DNA of 64,000 nucleotides from Atractiella rhizophila (Eukaryota), in contig MU271329.1 in the NCBI GenBank assembly GCA_021432655.1, positions 1 through 64,000 on the forward strand, read 5' to 3'. Made by a program: the position numbers and the translations under genes. Below, piece by piece: positions 47,965-60,100 of this stretch. Below the pieces are notes generated by a model. It was not told where the DNA came from. It worked only from the letters and a program-made list of their open reading frames with translations, and did no database searches. The stretch's first letter is position 1, and each line of letters begins with the position of its first letter.

Positions 47965-49095
47965 ATGATAACCCGGTCTTCTCCCCTCTTCTTGGTCAAA
48001 AGCCTCCCAGAAATATCAAAAGCACGAGTACGATGGTCCTCTACCTCCTCGCTCTCCTATCCCAACACGCCCCATCCGTCACCGTTCGAGATCTTCTCGC
48101 TGCCACACACTTCACAACCACCAGATCCAAAGGAGCTCAAGCGTCGGTACTACGCTCTTGCCCGTCAATACCATCCGGATGTACTTGGCGCCAGCCTTTC
48201 AGGTTCGAGTTCTACCAAGAAGGAGAAGGAGGAGTTAGAAAAGTTCGCTAAGATCAAATCAGCCTATGAACTTCTTTCCAATCCAGACACCTTTCAGTCC
48301 TACATCCGCAGCGGAAGGGGATGGAAGGATCCCCACGCTCCACCTTCAAGACCTATATTCGACGGTCCGTGGTCCTCTGCCCGTCGTGGTGGTCCAATGC
48401 GCCCATCACACATGAGAGGACGATACCCGTCTGGAGCGTATGATGGAGGAGATGGAGGAGCACGGGCCGGGTTCTCTTTCGATTCTGAAGGCTTTCGAGC
48501 GTCGATGGGTGAACGGAGGGAGGCTTGGAAGGAGAGAAGCGAGAAGGGTTGGGTGTTGGTGTTCATGTGTGCGGCCATCGTCGCGCTTTATTCCGCTCAG
48601 TTCTTCAAAGTCGGAGAGATTCATAAGAAGGTTCATCAGACACCTCCTTCACGTCGTCAACCCTTGTCAAGCTTGTCTGAAGACGACTTGGCTTCTCCCT
48701 CTTCTCCTTCTGTCGGCGCCATGCCGCGTTCCCCAACATCCATATCTTCATCTTCATCACGACAACCTTCCTTAAGTGGAGCAGCAGAATCGGCAGAACA
48801 GACGATGGTGTCTCGAATATTCGGCCTGGCATGGCTCAAATACCTTTCACCATCTGAAATGCATCGGGAAGCGTTACAGAAGAGGCATAATGAGGCAAGT
48901 AAGAATTTGGCCGAGGCAAGAGAGAGGGCGAGAGGCTGGGAGGGCAATCAGTATGTTTTCTTCATCTATTTTTCTTCGTGATGTATTCGAAGATATTTAC
49001 GACCGCCTGACTTGCTTTTCCCGCGCAGAAACGAGATTGTGTTACTGCATCGGATGCGGAAAATAGGAGATGGGAAGGAAGAGACTGGTCACTGA
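47965..49095 (+). CDS. Mitochondrial J-domain protein (JID1-like)
   Basis: Presequence-like N-terminus; SPFEIFSL..ELKRRYYALARQYHPD..FAKIKSAYELLS; one TM helix (WVLVFMCAAIVALY). Start codon uncertain (47920 or 47965). Confidence 0.8.
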
Positions 49096-49710
49096 TGTAC
49101 TGTGGTCCTCTGAACTTTCACTTCTGGATTCCCGCAGAAGGCTGGACTTTAGATACAGCTGGCAATTGTAAAACATATATTCTTATTAAAGCGCTTCACA
49201 GTAACATGCCAAACGGAAAGGATCATCCTCCAATCCAAACCTGGCCCAAAGGTCTGCCATTGAAGATGAAAATTTAGTCAAAAGGTTCTCGGTCCGAGAG
49301 TGTCCGCTAAACTTACGGCTACATTATTTACGGCCACAGTTATCGGTCGATGGCGTCTTCGCACGCGCCTCAACGCGTCTTGTTTTCTCTCTCCCGTGTC
49401 TCGATCGCGTTCTCCAACCAGTCTGAGCTACCCAGAGAGGCGCTCACGGGCAGCTGCAGCAGGATGGACGTAGAGAGCAGTTGAAGAAGGTACCAATGCG
49501 TCCCTGCCCGCCGGGAACGGTGCCGAGCGCGGTTTCCCATCGCAGTTCGCCCTCTCCCACCTCGCAGATGCACTCTTAACGACCATCTCCCCTTCTTTCA
49601 CTTTTTGGATCTACTTCCAACGTTTTTACAGATATTCTCGAATTTAACTCACTATCTTCGCTGAAATGAGCAGGACGGCAACGACTACATCAACGTGTAT
49701 CTCACAGAAG

Positions 49711-51481
49711 ATGCAGGACCTTTCTATCAAGATCAAAAGTCCAGAATTCGACATGAGCGGTCTTAAAATCAAGACTGAAGAGCCTCTGAACGCGGAGCCA
49801 GCGAATGGAGAAGAGTTCATAAAACATTTCATCACTCCAGAGTCTCTGGTGCGGATCTTCTTACGCACCACTTCCGCTTCCATTTCCAATCATTCCATTT
49901 GGTTTCTCAGACTGACGATGTTGATACGACTGTGACCGTGGGGTGTAGTCCTTCAGGAGGAACCATTCCGCATTCGCTTCTCACTGCTACGAGCACCACG
50001 CGCTCTCTTTCTCCGTCGCTCCATCCCTCCTCGACAAATTTTCGAGCGAGCCCAACCTCGAGCGCTTGACTTTGGAATCGGGAGCCGGGGAAGGACGAAA
50101 GTTGACTATGGGAGAGATGAAGGGGCTGAGATGGGGAGAAAGCAATTTGCAGGAAGAAGATGTGGTAGCAGTGTTGCAGTGTGCTGGGAATAGGAGAGAC
50201 GAGATGAGCGAAAGGAGGAAGACGGAAGGTTTGGGATGGGGAAATTGCGTTGTCGCTAACGCTCGATGGCAAGGTAGGTCCTTACCCTTCTTACCCACGT
50301 TCCCTTCCCTTGAAGTGATTGATGAGAAATGTTCCCGATTGGAAAGGTGTGACGTTGAGAAGTGCTCTTCTCGCCTTGGGCATCCCAGCGTGTCACAACT
50401 GCATCCCGGTGCTGTCGAATGTCCATGTGCTCTTTCGCTGCTCTCTCCCTTGTCAAGGTATGCAAGCTCTTCTTGTCCAAATTGAAAACATGTAGCTGAC
50501 GCCAGGACAGATGACGCAACATATGAATCATCCGTCCCACTATCGGTAGCCATGGATCCTTCCCGACCCATCCTTCTCTGCACTGGGATGAATGGTACAC
50601 CACTTGCCGTCGATCGCGGAGGACCAGTGAGGTTGGTCATCCCTGGATACATCGGAGCGAGATGGGTACGTCTCTTGCATGAAGCCCTCAGGTTTCATTT
50701 CCGAAATTCATGTTGGATTGGGATTGGTGTAGGTCAAGTGGTTGGAAAGCATCGAAATCGTGGAGAAGTGTTCGGACAACTTTTATATGGCGAAGGATTA
50801 CAAGATTGTGCCTTCCTTCGTGAATGGGGAAGATAAGGCGGAGAAGCAGGAATGGATGAAAAAGGTACCTCCCTCCCACACCTGTGCAGTCCGCGCTGAT
50901 GGAAAGGTGAATGAAAAAGATCGAACCGCTCACTCAATTCGGCTTACAATCCGTCATCTGTTCTCCCTCACCCTCTTCCCAGGTCACCGTATCCTCCCTC
51001 TCCTCCACTCCAACGATCACCCTTCAAGGTTACGCAGTCACGGGTTCTGGATTCGAGATTTCAAAGGTCGAAGTAGGCATTGTGTCCCAAGACCATCCAT
51101 CGGACCTGACGAACGAAGACGGGAACGGGCATCTGTCGCCTTCGAAGAAGATGGCGGTAAAGAGGTGGAAAGAAGCAAAGTTTATGGATGATGGGAAAGA
51201 GAGATGGGCGTGGAAGCGTTGGTTTGTGGAATTGGAATTAGAGCAAGAGGAAGTGGGCAAGGAGCTCAGTTTTGTTTGTCGCGCCGGTGAGTGGCCTTCA
51301 TAATCTGCACCTTCGAACGGATGAACGTGCTGATTGAGTTGCTTATATGATGTTAATTGGTGGGATAGAGGAAGAAACGGGAACGAAACAGCCTGAGCTC
51401 AGTGGATGGAACTTGAGAGGTGTCGAGAATAGGAGTTGGAGTGTGGCTAGGAGGGTAAAGGTCGTGGCGTCGTCGTCATAA
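49711..51481 (+). CDS. Sulfite-oxidase-family molybdopterin oxidoreductase without a cytochrome b5 domain
   Basis: [21 protein letters not shown] (Mo-ligating Cys), [49 protein letters not shown]. Confidence 0.92.
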
Positions 51482-51650
51482 TGGTCTCAGTAAAGAAATA
51501 ATGATTAATCCACGAACAATCATGAAGGAATGAATGAGTATTAGAGTGGAACATGAAAATTTGAAATAGTGGTCGCTTCCCGCTTAAGAACAAACAACAG
51601 GGTGCCAACACAGCCAACAACAAGCTACGAAACGCGTTATTTGCGAGACA

Positions 51651-53830
51651 ATGCCGAGCAGAATGACTACGTCTGGACACAACAGAGAAGAGAATAACGA
51701 AAGTGACGACCCGATGAGCACTTGTCAGACTTCCGAGCTTGAGGGAACACGGAGCCATTTCGACTGGACGGCGGCAAATGATTTCCTCGAGGAATTTTTC
51801 CCTCTCTCTAAAACAGTTAATCTCGAACCTGAGATGACGGAGTTGGGGAAATGGCAGGACAAGGTGGTAGGGACAGGGAAAGAAGATGAGGTTCAGACTG
51901 GAACTGAGTGGCACTCACTTATTGTGAGTACCTTTGCAGAAAGGGGCCAAATTTTTATGGGTAGGGTGCTTAGACCGAGTTCCTGAATTTCCTGTTGAAA
52001 AATACGGAATTGGAGTTCTGGGATGTGCATAAACATGCCGATCCTAAAGAGTATGATGGAAGTCAGTCCGAAAACAAACCCGACTTCATGGCTGTCAAGA
52101 GGGACGAGTTGAAGCCCGATCGAGACTGTTGTCGCGACATGAATCGGATGTGCTGGAAGCATTGTCAATTGATAGCGGACGCTAAATACTACGATCCTCT
52201 CGTCGCATCAAAACGGAAACATGGCCTTGAAGCAGCGCTAAGGCAAGCACTCAGCTACCTTGAGGATCTCACATATTTTCAGCACCGCACCGCTTGTTAC
52301 CTCATCCTGTTTGTCGCGTCTGAAGCGAGAATCGTTCGTTGGAGTCCCAAGCAGACCATTTGCACTGAACCGTTCGAGTTCGCGGATGGGCATCAGTTCG
52401 AGAAATTTTGTCGCTTCGTCCGCTTCTACGGCTCGCCAGAAGCTAATCGAGGTATCGATGCTCACTTTACTCCAGCCGAGAGAACTGTCGCAGAAGATGC
52501 CGCCAATTTCTTCAATAACAACAAAAAGATCATTGAGCAGGCTAGATTCAGTGTCCCCAAAGCTTCAGACATTTGGGAGCTGAACCTTCCAGCACTGTCA
52601 CCTCCCAACGCTCCTTGTTCGCAACCTTCGATGTGTTTGATTGTAGGAAGAATGGATCATTATCGCTCATCGCTTCGTGGAAGGAACGGGAAGTATTTTG
52701 TAGGATACCCAAAGGAGAAACCGGAATCGATTTATTTCGTCAAGGCCAACTGGGCGTATACTGGTGAGGGTGATGCATCAGAGTCCGAAGTGTAGCACGA
52801 GCTCAGGGAATCACAACACGTTCAAGAAATGATTTATGGTGGCTATCCTAAAGACATCGAGGATTGTAGCTACACACTCAAGAACTCTCCACACACGAAG
52901 TCTCGCTCGAGCGGAAAACGAGCTGATCCAGATCAGCGTTTGCATTTTCTTGTCCTCACGTTTCGAAATGGCTACGAACTCGTGGAAGGACTTCACGGCG
53001 GCCTTCAAGGTTTGTTTTGATCTCTCTAGGAGCCACCTGGGTTGACCGATTTTGCCTAGGTCTTTTAGATATGTACCCCGCCGGATACCTTCATCGCGAT
53101 GTCAGCCCCTCTAACGTTGGCTGAAGTGCTCAGGAGATGGTGTGAAAGGTGTTTTACAAGATTTTGACCTTGCCGTATTATTGGACTTAACAGGAACATC
53201 GAGAGCCGTTGTCTAACTTTCCTTCCTATGGTCAACAAGGCTGACATCGAGTAGGGAACATACCTCTACCAAGCAGCAGCAGTCCTTGAAGACACCCCAT
53301 GTGTGCGCGAGCTGATTAATGACATCGAGTCCTTTTACCACATTCTAACAATCCACACTTTCTCACAGTGGTACCCTGATCGTCACAGGCAAGCAAAACG
53401 TCTCATCGAATCCTACAGTCAACGGTCAGCGCGTGCATGTGTATGTGCTACGAAGCAGAAAGAAATACAGGGCTGTGGATATGGATTCACCAACGACGAG
53501 ATTGTCGAGAACATCAATATTCTGGGTCCCATCATTTCCTTATTTCGCCGATTTCTCGCTTCTCAATACTACAGAGACGGACTCCTTCAAAACGTCCTCG
53601 CGGAGCATCGTAAGGATCAGGTAATCCAACTCTGTTCAAAGGTCGGCATCCCGCCCGTTGAATTAGGGGAGTTCCTTCAAGAGAGTTTCATTGACGCCAC
53701 TTCCTTCGACACACTGGACGAACAAGAGAAACTGCTGAGATTTTTGATTCACTTCTTAGAGCTTGTGATCAAATATAACAGGAACTCGTTGGAGGAGATG
53801 GTGATCAATGAAGCGAATGTTATTCATTGA
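51651..53830 (+). pseudogene. Disabled paralogue of the FunK1 kinase at 40768-42992
   Basis: Collinear with the same introns. TAT>TAG stop at 52793-52795, in-frame deletions, and a 1-bp deletion just after HRDVSPSNV (GTTGGCTGA vs GTTGGTCTG) giving a second stop. Confidence 0.85.
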
Positions 53831-53983
53831 TACTGTATTGACGAGAACTAAGATAATGTCCTAAATAGTGCAAAATAAGTAGAGAGGTCAGCTCTTTGGT
53901 TCAGTATTTTGGGAAGACATGTCGCGGCTCTGTTGGTCCGAGTCGACTGTGTCAATGATGAGTCATACTAAAATTACCTGAAT

Positions 53984-56341
53984 ATGGGACGAAAGGAAGA
54001 CGAGAAAGGCAAGATGAAAGCAAAGGGCACGGTGGACGTTCTCCCACTGGTCGCTTCTCCACGCTCGCTCTCGCTCAGCCGAACACAGAAAGGCGTACTC
54101 CTCCTCGTCCTCCTCACCTTCTCCTTCTTCTCTCGTCCCTTCCTCCGCTCCGTTTCCCTTCCTCAACATCCTGCATCATCACCTCGCTTAACTCATGATG
54201 TTAAAAGTGAAACTGCCAGCGAGCGGATAAGCGAGGATGATGTGAAGAGCTACGAGCACTATGAGGCACTCGTTTCCTCCAGAACGTCCGCTTGGGGCTC
54301 AGTAGAGGAGTGGCGGGCTGATTTGAATATGACTGATGGGAATGGAAGTGGAGGGGGTGGAGGAAAGGTGTCTGCGGTGCTTTTGGCGTGGAAAAGGGAC
54401 ATCAAGTACCACCAACTCTCCGTCCTTCACCTACTTCGATACCCATGGATTGGGGAAGTAATCATCTGGAATAACGACCCTAACCGGCCGCTCTCTCTCT
54501 CCGTATGTCCTCTACTCTTCTGAATGTAAACATGAATATAATTGTAGTGTGCACACTAGAACTTCTCCCACCTCCCTTCGCCTCATCGCACCCCCCTACG
54601 TATTTACAACGCTCCATCGAACACCCACGACCTCTCCAAACATCTCGCGTGCTCTCTCGCCCTGCATTCGAGCTGCTACTTCGCAGATGAAGATTGGCTG
54701 AACCTACACATCGAGGCCGGATACACCAAATATCTTGCATGCTGTTCCCCATCTGCCTCTCCTTCTACTCATCCCTTGCCTTTATCAACGGGGAGAGGAA
54801 CGGGAAATGGAAGGGGCAGAGGAAGAGAAGAATGGAATGGAAGGATAAGCGGGAACACGATGCCTTATATCGCCTGGGAACATAGACGCTGGAGGTTCTT
54901 CGATCCGACTCTCTCCCTCGATTCTTCGTTCACTTGGTTAGGCACAGGATCTTTCTCGCCTAGAGAACTCTCGAAACGCTTCCTCAAACAAATTGACGCG
55001 CTTGAGGACCCGTTTTTGTTTGGTGCGAGGGAGCGCGGGAGAGGTGGAAGAGAGGCAAAGGAAAACGGGTTGGGATTGGCAGTGGCGAAGGAAGAGAAGA
55101 TGGTGGCGGACATGTTCTTTTCCATTTGGACGAATGACCGTGTCGAGCAGGTCCGTATACATCCTATTCTATCTCATCTATAATATTTGATGAACGTGTG
55201 CTGATGTTTATTTATTGGACTTATTGTTCGTGATGGATGAATGGGTTGGCAGATGTCGAACGATCTAACTCCCGTCGTCTTGGACGACCAAAAGGTGGGA
55301 TGGTCGGAAGGATTGGGAGAAGATCAGTGGACGATCGTGTATCGGAACATCGTGTGTCTCATTTCTCATGCCCCCTTCCTCATCCCACGACGCGTCAAAC
55401 CACCTTACCTTAGAATTGAGGGACCTGATCTGAGCCGAACTGGGAACAGCTGAAAGCGACCGCAACCCTCCACCGCGTCCTCACGCTCCGTCACCCTGTC
55501 CTCGTCCCCACTCTCTTCCCGCCTTCTTCCTCTTCTTTGTCTTCATACGGTGATGACGATGATATTGTGGAGGAGGAAGAGGAGGGCGGGAAAGGAAGGA
55601 GAGGGGCAGAAAGCGATATGAAATCACCGTGTGCGGACGACTCTTGCCTCTTCATCACCTCCCTCACGCCATTTCCTATGGTTCCATCCCTTCAAGACCT
55701 TTCTTCATCCCTAACCCTCAAAACCAACCTCAAAACAAGCCTGAAATCCAATTTCAAAAGTTTTAAACAGAAATCTCTCTTCCCGATCGACCACATGAAC
55801 GAATACGAAGCCTTCGTCTCGTCAAGGTCTGGATTCCCCACTGTCGATTGGTGGCTACACAAAGGAAGCTGGCACCTCGCAGTCGACTCAGAGGGAGATG
55901 ACACTTGTTGGTTCTCCTCCTCTGCAAGAGGGGCGAAGAAGGGAGATTATGTCGGGCTGGCCTTCGTGAAAGCGCGCTCTCTAACCGGTAACGTTGCCCT
56001 CAGGGTCGTGGGTAGCTTGGACGAGGAAGGATGGGGCGTACAATATGTTGAGTCTGTTGCACCTGGTGGACTGGGAGGTGTTGAGGATTGGGCAAGTCTT
56101 TTCACTTTCTCGATTCTTTGTATGAAGCGTGTTAAGACGATGGTGGCTGCTTGACATGGGTTAGGTCGATGTCGAGGCGAATTGGGAGAAGGAAGGGGAG
56201 GCGACGATGGTGAGGTTTGAGGAAGGAGAGATTAAGGGAGAGAGGTGGAAGAAAGTACGGTTTGTAAAGAAGAGTGGCGGGGAGGAAGAAGTCAGAATTT
56301 GTGATTTGAGAGCCATCGAGCAGGGATCCTCGGCTTATTAG
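53984..56341 (+). CDS. Type II membrane protein with a GT-A-like (GT64/GT2-like) domain
   Basis: N-terminal TM (GVLLLVLLTFSFF), KVSAVLLAWKR..LLRYPWIGEVIIWNN, WLGTGSF, ADMFFSIWTN, AVDSEGDDTCWFS. Multi-exon; the last intron appears to be GC-AG. Confidence 0.65.
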
Positions 56342-57182
56342 AGTAGACACTTCGTATTTCGACATTGAATAATTTTCTCCATCGCATTCCATTATTTTGT
56401 TCGTAAGTAACTCGTTGCTGTATTTCCACATTCATATCAAGCTCAAGTATCTGTTTTTCATCACATCCAACGTCATTCTTTGGCACATCACAGAAAAGAC
56501 AGACCTGAAACATACAATCTGCATTTCTGTCCTTCCGAGTCATTCATCAACTTGAAGAAAAATTGAACTTGAAAGAGCACGTCAAAACGTCAAAGTGGAG
56601 AGGAAGAATTATTGCGATTGAGCACTTCCAACCATTGCGTCGATCCAACACACATCATTATTTTCGTTAGATTGAAAGTGGAAAGAAAAGGAAGCTTGGT
56701 ACGTATGTAGTGGTTATAGACGACGGCGAGGTTGTTGCCGTCCAACTTGAAATTAACGGACAGAAGAACGAGATCCAAGTTATATTTGACTTTTCAGAAG
56801 CAGAAGGAGGCAAAGACCCAAGACAGAAGAAGGAGTAAAATGTAGTGGTATTGCGCGTTTTTCAAACAACAGACAGGTATCTTTGCGTTCGATTCATCAG
56901 TCAACCAAGCGAGTTGAGAAGGAAGAGAGAAGGAGGAACACCTGGACCGATTGTTCCTCTCGATTGTTGAGTATTGAGTCGAATGGCAGAGTTTTGGCTT
57001 AAAAGCACGTATTGAAGGACAAAGGTACATCGTGATGAAGTGAAGTTTGAAAGCTTGAAACGAACATACTGGCCGATGGTGTAAAACAGTACTTAAGAAA
57101 AGAAGTTGAACTAACGGAACTCAAATTGGTTGTTGAAGTTGGGCGGTTGAGTTGTCGAGATTGAGACGAGTTGTAAAATTGA

Positions 57183-60100
57183 TCATGCGTTGCTGGTGTT
57201 GCCTTGCAGGCCAGGAGGGCTAGAAGAGACGATCGGGTTGAAAGGACTGGAGGCCTCGACTAAGGTGAGATGACTCGAAGCGCCAGCTTTGAAAGGCGAC
57301 GGTCCGACTTCTACAACATTCGCGGCCGGGTTGATGGTCGTGAAATTTTCGTTAATCGTGAACCTGGCTTCGCCCGTCTCCGTTTCCACTTGGGAGAACT
57401 GGCCGGCGAAAATCGAACCTCCTTGGGAACCGATCTGAGGTGTGTAGGCCGTCGAAACGTCGATAGTGGGGTAAACTGGTGGGGTTTCTTGCGGAGCAGA
57501 CACGTCTTGAGGAAAATATATGGAAGTATCGAGACCGAGCCGTTGGAGGTATGTCGTATCGTGACTCCGATCGACGTCCTGCACAGATTGAGAGTACGTG
57601 CTGACTGGTCGTGAACTAGACGACGTCGAGTAATAACTCCCTATCATGCCAGGATAGTTTGCCGAAAGCAATCCCTCCTCAAATGTCTGAGTCCCCTGGA
57701 TTGTGCGATTGTTTTCGTTGGGAACAGCCACAGGAGCTCCAGGGAAATCGAAGGGAGGAGCCGGTTGTCCTTGCACGCCTGCATCTGAAGGCAATTGTCC
57801 CCAATCGGGAGGAGGTCCAGGCGGTGGCTCATAAAGTTGTTGCGTTGGCATGGAAGATTCCACGGGAAGGTTTGGAATCTGCAGCTGAGAGAATTCGTCC
57901 CCCATGGAAAGCATTTGTCCGTCAAAAGGTTGACCAGAGAGTATATAAGCATCATTCACGGGTATTATTGGGTCTTGTTGATTTTGGGGTACTGGGGGAG
58001 GGAAGTATCCTTCATCAAATGAGAATGATCCATCTAGAAGAGCGGTATCCGTGTAGACACCCTGATCGATAGTGGGGTGTTGCATTACTGACGTTGATGA
58101 TTGAGCGTAAAGCGACGGGTCCTGATCCGCTGGTATCTCTTGCTGCTGGAAAGGAAGTCCGTAAGGGTTGGAAATGCCTACTGGAGAAGTGTTAGTTGAT
58201 GCCCCTAAGTGAACTGCTTGAACGGGTTGTTGCTGTCCAAACTGTAGTGACGGTGGGGGTATGGATAGGGGATCAAACTGGTACTGAAGGGGACGTCGAG
58301 GGGGTACTACCGGTGGAGGATGGAAGGCGAAGATGTCATTCGAAGTCATAGCCATAGGATTGTACTTAGAAGTCCTGGGACTCGAACTCGCTGATCTTGC
58401 CCCAAAGGTCCTTCTTCGCTCCAATGTTCTTCTCCTCTCACGACGAGGGTAAGCATTGTAATCCACTACTCCGTCCCAAGATTGGCTCAGAGTCTGAGAT
58501 GGGATTCTACCATCATCAGACCCTCTAGAGTTGAGCTTTCTGGCCTTATTAGCGCGCGTGGCCATCCCCAAATCGCCCGAGTCGTCGTCTTCACTTTTCG
58601 CCATGCCAGCAGGAGTGGATGGTTGGGCGAGTGGACCAAGGGTGGGAAGTTGCTGAGAAGGAGGAGATTGGGGCCTTCGAAACCTGATTTGGTTAACCGG
58701 CTGTGGCTGAACCAAACCTGGTGGATTTTGTGGTCTCGTTCTCGCCAGACCTGAGGCACGGGATGGCGGATGTTGGGCAGAGGACACGACGACTGGCGTA
58801 GGAACTCGTGGCGCGGGACCTGGCGACTTCCTTTTCGAGCCACTCATCGACACAGCATCAGCATCGACGAGAGGCTGATAGGGCATCAAATCTGTGTCGG
58901 GAACCCCTTCTGCATCTTGATCCTGATTGGGAGTAGTAAGTTGCAGATTTCGGATGTGCTCTAGATTGGACGAGGAAGGCGACAAGCTGGTGTTACTGTT
59001 TCCGCGGCTGAGGTAGTCCCTGGGTGACATGTGCGACATATAGCTATGGCCGCCGCTAGAACCAAACCTTGAACCACTACTATCGCTCCCAGACCGATGT
59101 AGAGATCCAGAAGAGTTTCTTCGATGGTGGGAGTAGACTTGGACAGGAGTTCGATTGATGTCGTCGACAGTCGGAGCAGGCGTGAACCCGACGGTTGATG
59201 GAGCCCTCGAGGAAGGAGAGTAGACGAACTGTGACGGGCGGGAGCTCATTCTAGGACTGAAGTCTTCATCATCATGGTGAAACTTTGGACCGTCTGACAT
59301 TTTCCGGCTACGGGTAACCCTCGTCTTTTTCTCCTTCTTCTCCTTCTTGCCCTTCTTCGCACGCGTCGGCGTTCGCTCATTGAGACCCTCAGACGGCGCT
59401 TGAGGCGTTCGAGCATCCTCCGGGGCTCCTACGGGGGTTTCACCCTGATCGGGTTCTTCGGGAGGAAACGATGCAGGCTCCTCATCATCTTGGGTTGGGA
59501 TCGCACTATCGAGCGCCTTGTCACTCAAGCGTTTCCCTCGTCTTGGCAATCGTGGCTTGTAGCCCGCAGCCTGCCATAACATGAGTTCGTGTTGATACAA
59601 CCACGAATCGGAGAGGAAAACTCACGGCGTATAAGTCAGGGAAACGATTTCGGAATCTATCCCTCAAATCCGTACCCTTTCTATTACAGAGCGCAGGATC
59701 CTTGGCAATGATTGACCACTGTGTGCCATGCTATAGCCTAATCGTCATCATCGTCCTTTTTAAAACAGTAGAGACGAACCTCCTGATATCCCTTCCACAA
59801 CGCGTCATCCTCTTCCTTCGTAAAGCTCCTCCTCGGTTTTTTCTCCTTCGGTGGATCACGGTAATCTGAAGGGTGATAGTTGAATCCAATCCCAGCAGCT
59901 TCTCCAGGAGACATCTGCATGGGAGTGTCCATAATGTACGGCATCCCATGCATTCCAGCTTGTTGCATCGATGGGAAATCGTGATCCAAGTTCACGTCGA
60001 CCTCTCCTCCATCCAAACTGAACTCCGCACTTGCGTAATCCGACGCTTGACGGGCCATAGGAGACATTTGCAGGAATTGTCCCGGCGGCAATGAAGCCTG

